A DNA stretch of 37,634 nt. Origin: Peribolospora baueri (taxonomy: Eukaryota). Shown one piece after another: positions 1-12,174 of the stretch. Below the pieces are notes generated by a model. That model searched no databases. It saw nothing but the letters and a program-made list of their open reading frames with translations, and was not told the origin of the DNA. A program made the position numbers and the translations under genes. The stretch covers positions 186,001 through 223,634 of the forward strand of contig JAMDHS010000031.1 in the NCBI GenBank assembly GCA_029717555.1, read 5' to 3'. Position 1 is the stretch's first letter, and the number at the start of each line of letters is the position of its first letter.

Positions 1-363
1 GGTCTTGTCCTTTGGCTTGACCTCCTCCAGGAGCGGCTCATCGCCGGTCTTCTCCAACTGGTCCCTGCTACTGGCGCCGGACCCGGTCTTCTTCCCCTTG
101 CTCTTCTTCTTCTTCTTCTTATCCGACTTGCCCGCGGCTCCCTCTCCCTTCTCTACATCCCCTCCGTTGTCCCTGCTGGAGGTGTAGTAGTAGTACCCAG
201 CTCCGGCCGCGAGGAGGGTGGAGCCGGCGAGGAGGGAGAGGACGAGCGTCTGGTTCTCCTCCACCCACCGCGCGAGGCGAGAAGTGGTGGTTTGGACGTG
301 CGTGGAGGCCGAAGAGGCGGCGTCCGAGGCGCGTGAGGCCGCCGTTCGAGCAGTGTCGGCCAT
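1..363 (-). CDS. TOM70: Mitochondrial outer-membrane import receptor Tom70, N-terminal part (gene runs off the left edge)
   Basis: ATG at 363 opens MADTARTAAS...LARWVEENQTLVLSLLAGSTLLAAGAGYYYYTSSRDNGGDVEKG...KSDKKKKKKSKGKK...DEPLLEEVKPK. The W-V-x-E-N, signal-anchor helix, Lys-rich linker and P-x-L-E-E-x-K-P-K pattern is typical of fungal Tom70. This frame is not in the supplied ORF track; the TPR domains lie outside the window. Confidence 0.8.
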   Translation of the reverse strand, partial: MADTARTAASRASDAASSASTHVQTTTSRLARWVEENQTLVLSLLAGSTLLAAGAGYYYYTSSRDNGGDVEKGEGAAGKSDKKKKKKSKGKKTGSGASSRDQLEKTGDEPLLEEVKPKDKT

Positions 364-923
364 GGTGGGGGTTGCGGATCGGGCGACGGTAGAACGGTGG
401 CGCGATCGGCGGCGAGAAGAACGAACGGGCGAAGGGCAAGAGCGTCGATAAGCGGAGGTGATAGATGGATGGCGATGCTACAATCTCCGCGACGATGGTC
501 CGTCTTCGGTCGTCCGCTGTCGTTCGGCTTGCGCTCTTATGGGATGCGGCAGACGCTGCTCTATGAAAGGAGGAAGAAGGTGTGTAGGTATGCCTCTCGG
601 TCTCCTCTCTCCAGCGTCGTCCGTCTCCGAGACGCGTCTATCGCCGTCCCGCTTTTTTTCGATCGGACCGCCGTCAGCAACGATCCGGATGTCGGCGCCT
701 TAACGCCGCCCTTCTCCGCGCCGAGCGCGTGCGACAGCCGCCTCGCGCACGCAATCTGATCGAGTGGTAGCCATGCATGGTGGTGGATGAACGGAGACGA
801 GGGGGAAGACGTCGGCAGTAAGCCTTTCTTCTCCCTTTCCATCCCATCATCATCGACAGACGCACCTCCGTCGCGCCTCCGCTTCCGCCCCCCCTCACAT
901 ACTCACCTTTGCTCCAGCACTCC

Positions 924-1462
924 ATGTCCGACAACGAGGCCCCCCCGCCGCCGGCAAAGACCGAAGGTGGCAGCGACCAGCTCAACCTTAAGGTCAAGGA
1001 CGCTGAGGGCGGCGAGGTCTTCTTCAAGGTCAAGAAGACCACCAGGCTTGGGAAGCTCAAGCTCGCGTATGCGGACAGGGTTGGAAAGTCGCCCAACACT
1101 GTGCGATTCCTTTTCGACGGTAACAGGATCGCGGACGATGACACGGCCGAGTCGGTGAGTTTTGCTGTGCCGATGGTCGAGGATCGAAGGAAGCTACAGC
1201 ACGACAGGGGGATCTGGATGCTGCTTTGGCAACACAAGTTTAGTCTCTGCTTTCCTGGGACGTCTGTCGTGCGCAAGGGGCTCCGGCGAGACTTTCACCC
1301 CGTGATCGTACCACCAACGTCTTCTGTCTCTTTGTCTCCCTCTCCCATTTTTTCTCCCCTTTTCCCCTTCCGGCTTCACTCATTTCGACTCCCTATCAGC
1401 TCGGCATGGAGGAAGGCGACGAGATCGACGTGCTCATCGAGCAAATCGGCGGCCGGCGATGA
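924..1462 (+). CDS. SMT3: Small ubiquitin-like modifier SUMO; exons 924-1154 and 1400-1462
   Basis: MSDNEAPPPPAKTEGGSDQLNLKVKDAEGGEVFFKVKKTTRLGKLKLAYADRVGKSPNTVRFLFDGNRIADDDTAES, intron GTGAGT...CAG (1155-1399), then LGMEEGDEIDVLIEQIGG-RR*. SUMO signature with di-Gly and a 2-residue propeptide. Confidence 0.95.
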
Positions 1463-2224
1463 ACGTATGCTCCTCGGGCGGCCGGACCCACCTTCCAGCA
1501 TGCGCTCTCGTCTCGCCATCGGACGGGAGGTCCTTCTTCGCTCCCTTTTCCATGTTTCGGAAGAACGGCGGTCCTGGCATCTTCGAGACGTCCCCTCTGC
1601 TGGCTTCGGTGGCTGTGGCCGGCTTGTCTGCGGCGAAGCGGCTTGTGGAAGAGGCTCGAGTGTCTGGACCACGTCACGTTGACGGGGATGCGAACGGGCC
1701 GTCCCATTATCTTTCTTCGCCGCCTCTGACTACCTTCATCACCTCCGCTTTCTTCCCCGTTTGTGTGATCTTTGTCTAACTCCGATACGTCTCTTGCATG
1801 TAAAATTACTTTCCTCTCATACCGTGTGCCACCTCTCCCCCGCTTGGTTGAACCTCAACTGTCCTGAGAACCACCTGCCCTCTTCCTCTCTCACACATGA
1901 GCTTCCTCATCTACTTCCCAGGCCTCCTACCAATCTCCTTCTTTTCTCTCCTTCCTTCTTCCTTCTTTTCCTTCCTTTACACCGTCCTTCTGGTCACCCC
2001 GCGCTGCCTTCCTAGCACATGCTAGTAGACTGGGATGCGTGCTGTCCTACTGAGGCTGTACAGCTGTTGCTCTACCAGGTGTGGAGTATATAAGAGCGTG
2101 CGGGGACGTGCCTCCTCCTGGGAGGCTCACATCTTTCCACCACCTCAGCTCTACCCATTCAATTTAGCGTTTTCGCTCTCCATCTCTCGTGGATGCAATC
2201 TAGCCTACTCGGCGTTTGGTATCA

Positions 2225-2741
2225 TATCAACCCATAGGTGAGGTGGACGATGAAATGGGCGATCTGATCGAGCATTTTTTCAACGACGTCGTCTCGCGAA
2301 GGGCGCTCCTTGCGGAAGTCGGAAGTCGATCATGCGGCCGGGCATCCAGTCCACGAGAAGGAAAGGGGAGCGGACTGAGGCTCCGTGTCTGTCGAAATGA
2401 CGGAGACTTGGATTGGAAAGGGAGGGAAAGGCGTGGTAAGCATACTCGAGGAAGGCGGCTTCGGTAGGGAGGGCTCTAAGTTGCCTTTCTTCGGTGATTT
2501 GCGCCGAATTATCTTCACCGAAGGTGAGGGGCGTCTTGGCGGCCCACCTGACGCCGTCGGCAAACTGGAAACACCAGACTGCTCTGAAAGTGCCGTACTC
2601 AAGCTTTTCGATGACAAGACGACAGGGGACGGAGTCGAGGCGGAGGGCAGAGGCAACTTGGACGAGTGCGGGGAGATGGACTCGTGCGCGAAGATTGGCG
2701 AGGGCGGCTAACTGCCGAGGGGTGTCGGAGGAGTGGGACAT
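2225..2741 (-). pseudogene. APH/choline-kinase-like phosphotransferase, N-lobe only, frameshifted
   Basis: ATG at 2741: ...LPALVQVASALRLDSVPCRL...YGTFRAVWCFQFADGVRWAAKTP...EAAFLEY...PFLLVDWMPGR resembles the N-lobe of fungal APH-like kinases. A tandem 7-bp duplication (GGAAGTC x2, 2314-2327) shifts the frame; removing one copy gives IDFRKERPSRDDVVEKMLDQIAHFIVHL. No HxD catalytic lobe was seen. Confidence 0.6.
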
Positions 2742-3600
2742 CGTTTGGAGTTGGAGGTGGTAGTGGTTGAGGTAAAATAATGAAAGAAGAACGAAAGCGG
2801 TCGCGGTGGAAGGTGAGGAAAGAGGGGTAGTGGAAAAGGGTAATGACAGTTGAGATGCGGTGGACAATAAGAGGACAAGAGGATGGGCACTGTCCAAGGC
2901 AATTAGGTATATGTAAATCTGTGTCGATAATGGTCGGGCAAACTGGTCAGTAAACTACCGAATTGGAATCCTCTTAAGGTCCGCTATTCAAATGAATTGT
3001 CCTCTTTATCACGCTAACTGTATGGACGTCAAGTAGAGGAGATGGAACTCTGGTGCGTAACTCTCTTCTTGGCTCTCGCTGCCAGCAAAGCGTCGGCATA
3101 TATCCCCTCTAAGGGATCGTGCGAACGCTCATCGTATACACGTTCTTCGTCCAAGAGCGAGGTCTCCGCCTCGGCATCTGGGAACTCTGCATGTTCTTTG
3201 GTTACCAACTTGGTCAGGGTCATCGACGGATTCGTCATCCGGAACCTCAGATGGCCGCACGTCTTCTGGATCATTCCTGTCCCTTAGGCATTGACCTCAT
3301 TGCCATGTTCTTTTTTCATGCATGAGACGGCTTTCGACCGCGCACACGCCTATCATCAGGGGGTTCCCTGCGGGGGTCGTTGTCAAGGGCAACGACTCGG
3401 AGGAAGCTCGCAGGACGAGGGCCAGGAAGGAGGGGTATCGAGACTGCGGGGAGCAGGGGCGAGAGACCGGATTGGTACTCCAGTAAGATGAGCTCAACAT
3501 AAAATAAAACGATTATTAGCTTTCGGATTCCTGGCGTTGGCATCAGCTATTAATACTGAAGTACATGCCGACTGTCTCGGCCCTAAGACGGAAGGACGGA

Positions 3601-4506
3601 TCAGAGGACGAAATTAGACTCTATGAACTCGGACAAATGTCCCTTTTTCTTCCCATCGTCTGACATCGCGATGCATCTTTCAATCTTGGCGATGGTCGGA
3701 AACTTGTCTATCCAAGCGTCGCTATATACCAAGTAATGCAGAGGCTCGTTCTTGTTGTCGTAATAGTCTTCCTCATACTCTGGGTGGAAGCCAGCGTATT
3801 CCCAGTCCAACAATGCTGTCACTTTGCCGTCCTTGGCGAGAATGTTGCACGCCGACAAGTCGCCGTGACAGAGAACGATGTCGCACGGCTCGATCTGAAT
3901 GGCGCCCGATTCCAAATGGGAAATCAGGCGATCCAGCGATTCGATGTGCGGTTTTTCGATGGCGCGAAGACGGCGAATGAGGTACTCGAGAACCGATCCA
4001 CACGGTTCCAGAGACGGACGAAAATCCATCCTGGTGAGCCGCGGGTTAACAAGCTTCTGGTCCGGTCCGAAGCCTCGGATCACGTCGCTCTTGATTGACC
4101 GTAGCTGCTCCCGAAAAGCTAGTATTTGGGCCACCAGGTTGTCGTCGATGACTGCGTCGTCGTCATCCGGCAGAGGAGTTCCTTCCATCTTCTCCAGGTA
4201 CATGAATTCGTAGGGAAAGACTCTTCCAAGGCGGTATACCTCGGGTACGGGAATGGTCGTATTCGCTTTTAATCGTACGGCTCCGGCGTAGTTTTCGTGA
4301 GATTATAAGTGAAAGTCTGCGGTTCCGCTGCGGACTAGATCCTGCACTCGTAAAATCTGACCGTCGACAAGGGAAACGCTCCTTGTCTTGAAGTTTTTGT
4401 AAACCTCCTCGCCGGGGCTCAGCTCGGATGGCCAGGTGCCACTAGACTCGGTTGTTGGGCTCCGACTTGGAAGTTCTCGAGGCAGTGATTCCGGAGAGGA
4501 AGGCAT
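3601..4506 (-). pseudogene. APH-family phosphotransferase with one in-frame stop
   Basis: One frame from ATG 4506 to TGA 3601 (302 codons) with a single TAA at 4303-4305: ...ADFHL*SHENYAGAVRLKANTTIPVPEVYRLG...FMYLEKMEGTPL...VLCHGDLSACNILAKDGKVTALLDWEYAGFHPEYEE. TTIPVPEV, HGDL-x3-N and DWE-x-AG are hallmark APH motifs. Confidence 0.8.
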
Positions 4507-5289
4507 GCTGAACAAGTCTATATATGGAACGGAGACCAAAAGAGGCGGCGAGATAGTACGAGGAGGATATATTGAGAGATGTGATGAAACGGACGTAGCA
4601 GACTTACGGTGGAGCGAGGCAGGGTGGTGCTGGTGGTGCTGGTTGTAGCAGTGGAGAAGAGAAAGGAGAAGGAGAAGAGAAAAGGAAGAAGAGGGGCCGA
4701 GGGAGAGTGGCACGGGACTTGACTCCAAATGAATTTTCCGAAGCCTGTTATTTACCATGTGGGGCTCGAGCCTGGGGGGACGGGCGGCACGAGCTGCGGT
4801 TGCGGCGGCGGCTCTAGGAAACAAGGAGTGGAAGAAAGGAGTGAGGCGAGGGCGTTCGGCAGATGATGGTCGTATGGAGTCACGCCCCCCCGCAAGGACA
4901 AAGAGAGGAGCAAGGCCACACTCTGCAGGAAGCCGAACCAACTCGTCACCTGCCGCGTGGTGCCTCTAACTTTGCGTCCGAGATAAGCGGGGTAGCTTCT
5001 AGCATAGGTAGAGAGCAAGATGTACCTGCCTCACCGTGATCGTATGTGCTCTGCCTTGGCTCGACTGAATTGTTGTGACTGAGGAAATAGGAGATAGAGA
5101 GGGGCCCACATGGGGCCTCTGAGGGCATCGAATCTTTCCCTCCTATTTACCTATTGTTCTGGCGGATAGTGCTGAGCCACCCAACGCCTCGTGGGTTCAG
5201 CTGTCCATTTCTGATATTCCCACCGAGCACTGAACCACGTTCCCTCCTTCCATATCGCAGTCTCCCATTGTGTTGGAATATTCCTGTCG

Positions 5290-5560
5290 AAAGGCGACGA
5301 AGGCTTCGGTTTGCTGAATGCGTTGGCTATCATGTCCCACGTCGAGGTACGGACGATTTCGAGGTCTCCGGATTCCACCTTTTCGTGAAATGGTGTTTGA
5401 CTTCGATGTGTTTCGTCCGCTTGTTGCGTCTGCTTGTTCTTCCTCGCGGTTTTGGCGATGTCGCTCGCTCCCACCGTTGTCGGGAGCAGTGAGCGCGTTT
5501 TGTCGTGATAACAACGTGGTGTATCGGTCGTCTTTCGGCTTCCATCGTCTCGGGTCTGTT
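5290..5560 (-). mobile_element. Degenerate Ty1/copia retrotransposon fragment (RNase H C-terminal region)
   Basis: Across frameshifts it reads DNGG...NKRTKHIEVKHHFT / EKVESGDLEIVRTSTWDMIANAFSKP, matching the copia RNase H end pattern (DNxxA...HxRTKHIDxxxHFxRE...xMxADxxTKP). Confidence 0.8.
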
Positions 5561-5717
5561 GTTGCAAAGCTCCCACCCAGACAAGTCGGGTGATCCAGAT
5601 GGTCTGGGCAGTTGATGCCGAAGGTCGGCATTGACACCTCCTGATTCTACCTCTTCCTTGTTAACTCGCTTGGCGTTTAGAACGATATCGTCATGATGTG
5701 AAGTGCGAAGAAGCGAC

Positions 5718-5805
5718 GGGACTATAGCTCAGTTGGGAGAAGCGCACGACTGAAGAAAAACGGTCTGACATCGTGAGGTCCCTGGTTCGAGCCCGGGTGG
5801 TCCCA
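5718..5805 (+). tRNA. tRNA-Phe(GAA) with a 14-nt intron (5756-5769)
   Basis: Acceptor stem GGGACTA/TGGTCCC; A-box TAGCTCAGTTGG; anticodon stem CACGA/TCGTG with GAA at 5752-5754 and the intron after position 37; T-arm CCTGG-TTCGAGC-CCGGG; discriminator A. Confidence 0.9.
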
Positions 5806-5806
5806 A

Positions 5807-5812
5807 TTTTTT
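5807..5812 (+). terminator. RNA polymerase III terminator (T6) of the tRNA gene
   Basis: TTTTTT begins 2 nt after the tRNA 3' end. Confidence 0.8.
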
Positions 5813-6608
5813 CACCCGCTCGGGTGGGTCTGCCGGCGGCCGCCGTGAAATCCAATTAATTTTTCCGCGTGCACTGATGTTTTTTGTTTTGTCGGGCGGC
5901 GTCGCACGTCGGGGACCGGTGATGGGGTCGGGTGGCGATGTGGCCTCGTTCATAACGTCTGTTCACTTCGATCGTTGTAATATCGGGTAGCGCTTGCAGA
6001 AATCATTCCTATCCATTTCCATATCGATAGAAGGGACGCGCTTCTCGCTCTCTTCATCGGGACCCTCGAGTCCCATTTGTCGCTCCGGGCGTCTGTTATT
6101 CTGATCGCATCGTTTATTATAATCACGCGTAATGGTTCTACAAGTCGTTTTCTTTCCTTTCCTTCTCCACATCATCCATGTCTATAGAAGGGTCGTTGCG
6201 AACAGGACTTGAGGAGGGTAGCTAATGCAACTCACAATAGGAACTAGCGTAGCTACTTTAATAGCTTTACATGTGTACGTCCTCCTTGGATGGGTGAACG
6301 CCTACAGTCAACCCTGTCTGTTAGCATACGGGTCCCTAGGCATGCCTTCGCATAGTGCATAGCGATCTCCCTTTCCCGTTTGCTCCCCAGCCAAAAATTG
6401 ACTAATCCCAGCCAAAAGACTAGTCTATATGCATACTGACATACCCGCATATTGCATAGCACTGACACTGGTGCCGTCCTTACCAGTTATGCGCCCTCGG
6501 CATGCATAACATACACTTCCGTCCATGCACGTCAGTTCTAACATTACTACACGTAGGTGCTTGTGGGACGCTAGCGAATGTGGCAACGACTGCGGCAAAT
6601 ATGCATAG

Positions 6609-9155
<2,547 letters not shown>

Positions 9156-9799
9156 ACATGAAGCCTACCGTGCCTTCCAAACATGCCTTCAGCCATGGCC
9201 TCTCTTGATATATCCTGCATATTCCCCTGACCATCTAGCACGTCCAAATCTCTCTCGCCTTCACTCAATTTAGTCCATCATCTAGTCAAGTCGTCGAATA
9301 TCTGCTTCCCACGTCTGCTCTGCTCCTGTCATCGTCTCTCTCCTAGAAATCTAATAATAACCATCTTGGTCATGAAGGGTGCAAGGGATGTGCCGGAAAA
9401 GGAGGCATGAAGGACCGATGCGGGCGGGTCGCAAAACGGCGCGTCTCTAAGCGCGTCTACGCGTGCTCCTTTCTAGTCACACATGTCCCTTGGCAGCGCG
9501 TATGCGGTCGTCCAAGCGCTTCCGGACAAAAACCAGTTCGTCCGCTGTGTGCCGGCTGGCCCGCCATTCCCGCCATCTCTGGCGAGGACGGGCAAGCCGA
9601 CTGCACTGGACGGAAAGACTTGGGAGGGAATGGTTGGAGACGCTCTTGATTCGATGAAGAGTGGATCGGAGCTTCGTTCATGTCCGCCAGGGAAAAAGAA
9701 AGTCTCTCCCAAGGGGCAGGTCTTCCTCCATATCCATTTGTCTTACAGGCTATATATGGTTACAACCCAAGGGGTCTCCGGCGACCGAACCTCACCTCA

Positions 9800-11460
9800 T
9801 CACGCTTGTGCTTGTAGTTCAACCCGCTCCGACAACGACGGCTCTTCTCGGAAGGGCGAGAGCCAATCAGCACCCTCGCCTCGTTCTTCCCCCCTTCCCG
9901 GCTCTTCCTGTTGTCCAGCATGCCAATGGTCGGCATGCATGCCTTTCCGATCGAGTAGCTGCCGGGACGAGGTTGGAGGGTGTGATAGGGGACGCGATGG
10001 CTGCCCGTCGGACGCGGTAGAAGAGCGGCTTGGCTTATGCTGCGGTCTTTCCTTGTCTCCTTCATCTTTAGAGTGTAGAGTCTTCAGCACTGCCGGTGTG
10101 GCCTTGAGGTCTTCCCAGACGGGACGAGGCAGCTCAAAGCCGCTGCAGGAAACGGCGTGAGGGCAAACGTCAGCAGTGCTCAACTACAACAGAGTAAGGG
10201 GGCATATCACGAGGCCCTTACCGTACTAATCGGCCGTAGGACTGGCCACCGAGACGACTTAATGGAAGGAGCTTGGGTGGGTCAATGGTGTAGTCCGAGT
10301 TGAGAAGATCTGCGTATGATCAAAGCGGTGTTAAGCAAGATGAGGAGGGCTGCTACAGCCGAATCGAAACTTTTGTTTTCACCCTTTCGAACATGGATCA
10401 TCCTAAGTGCGAGGTCAGAGAAGATGCGAGGTCAGCGGAAATAACAGCAATCGCTCTTGTACCACGTTCCAACTCACCGTACCCTCCCCAAGATCATTGA
10501 TTGTGTCAACACGCCACTGTCATCGTGGATGTCAATGTCTTGATAGAGCTCACACTCAAGACTGAATGGTGACTCGCCCACTCGTGGCGGTCCGCCTTTG
10601 TCTCCTCCCCAGTAGGTGTTAGGGACGGGAGTCAGGCCGGACAGCTGTCATGATGGTGGAGGTGGGCGCCGTCAGGCCCATGTGCGGTCTAGTGACAGAG
10701 GAATGGCGACGCCTCACTTTCCACTCGCTGACATCGGACGGACTGTCGATCGAGGTGTAGTCTGCAGCTTCCGCGTACGGCTCACAGACGAGATTGACGA
10801 CGAACCGTTTCGTCTCCTTAATGTTCTTCACCGTATCCTTAAGCTTGCCCGGCTCAGGCGAGTTGACGGCGAAAGAGACCTGGCACGAAACGAGAGAAGT
10901 GAGCATATCGTAGCATTCAACCTCGGCCCCCTTATTACTCACTATAGGCGGCTTCTGCCCGACGGGTTGGAAATAGCTAAAAGGAGCTAGATTGCGATCA
11001 CCTCTGGCGTTCTGCGTGCTCACAAAGGCAATCGGTCTGGGAACGATGGCGTTGATGAAAAGCTTGTACAGAGACTTTGACGTCGCTTTCTTGGATGGGT
11101 CTAAATAGTCATGTGGAAGAGAGGGATCGATGTGATGGAACTCAGAGTTGGCAGGGTCGAAAAGATGTGAGGCAGGATGGTTTCGCGAAAGGCCCGTGCC
11201 GGGCAGCCATGTCGTGTCTGAAGTGTCACAGGCACGGACGCCTTCAGCAAAAGGAAACCGCAACGGGAACGATGTTCTTTCTCATGAAAGCCCTACCTGC
11301 CGACTTTGTGAGTCGAAAACCATCCAGAGCGTCGAAATCGGGCCGGTCCTTGTCGACGACTGCATAGAGGGGCCCCAAGATGACGGATTGAGCGACTAAT
11401 CGAGAGCAGGTTTCAACAAAGGTTCTGCCCACCTTTGAACTTGGCGTGCCAGCTACTCAT
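9800..11460 (-). CDS. Flavin-reductase-like FMN-binding split-barrel protein (NtaB/flavoredoxin-like), multi-exon
   Basis: Spliced: MSSWHAKFK|VVDKDRPDFD...TKS|DTTWLPGTG...LYKLFINAIVPRPIAFVSTQNARGDRNLAPFSYF...|KDTVKNIKETKRFVVNLVCE...SEWK|LSGLTP...PPRVGESPFSLECEL...|IDPPKLLPLSRLGGQSYGRLV|RGFELPRPVW. The C-terminal end at 9800 is less certain. Confidence 0.85.
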
Positions 11461-12174
11461 AATGTTGTCACCGGATGACTTGAAATAGGAAGACAAAGAA
11501 CGTCACTTGTGAGCGACAGGAAGAGCCACGTCCGCCGCTTTTAAGGCACTCCTCTCCAAACACAGCGACTCTGCTTCTCCTCGAACAATGACCAGGTCGG
11601 TAGGTTCGGCTCGGCACGCCTCGGAGATCAGATCGGATGAGCATCCTGTCGGCAAGACGGTAAAGCCGGCATTGGAAACCAGCAGGTTGCCAATGAAAGA
11701 ATGAACATGACACGGGCTCGCTCAAGGGGAAAGAGAGATCAGGACAGATAGACGACCAAGAACGGTTAGATCTGGTGAGAGAGCACGTAAGTGGCCATCA
11801 CAGTTGCGTGTTTCGCAACCCCGGGTCTGGGGACAAGACGTCAATGACGCGAATTGATACGTAGTGGCGAGCGAGGTCAGCAGTCACCCCACAACGGGGA
11901 CAAAATATGGCGAAATCGTGGTCAGTGAGGCGGTGATTGCGTCTTCGAAGCGAACATGGTGTGCGTTTTTAGTCGCCGCGCTCTCGAGTACTCGTGAAAC
12001 AGGTGCCGCAGCCACTCCAGGGCCTCTCTAAACAGTAAGTAGGTGTGTCCTGAGGCGTTTCTGCCGTTCTTATTACCCTATATCAAATAGGTCTACTCGA
12101 GGTAGGTAATCTAGTACATAATTCTTAAACCTTCGACCGAGCCCTCTATGTAGAACGCCTCCCCCCCTGTGTGC

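Noticed and set aside
909..1682. 257-aa SUMO-fusion ORF
   Set aside because: It arises by reading through the 1155-1399 intron; the spliced product gives a canonical SUMO ending GG-RR.
3029..3543. Short ORFs between the two APH-like genes
   Set aside because: No recognisable motif or consistent spliced frame was found; they may be debris but cannot be called.
4950..5260. Polypurine tract and 3' LTR of the copia relic
   Set aside because: A purine-rich stretch is present on the minus strand, but no clear TG...CA boundaries or second LTR copy were found.
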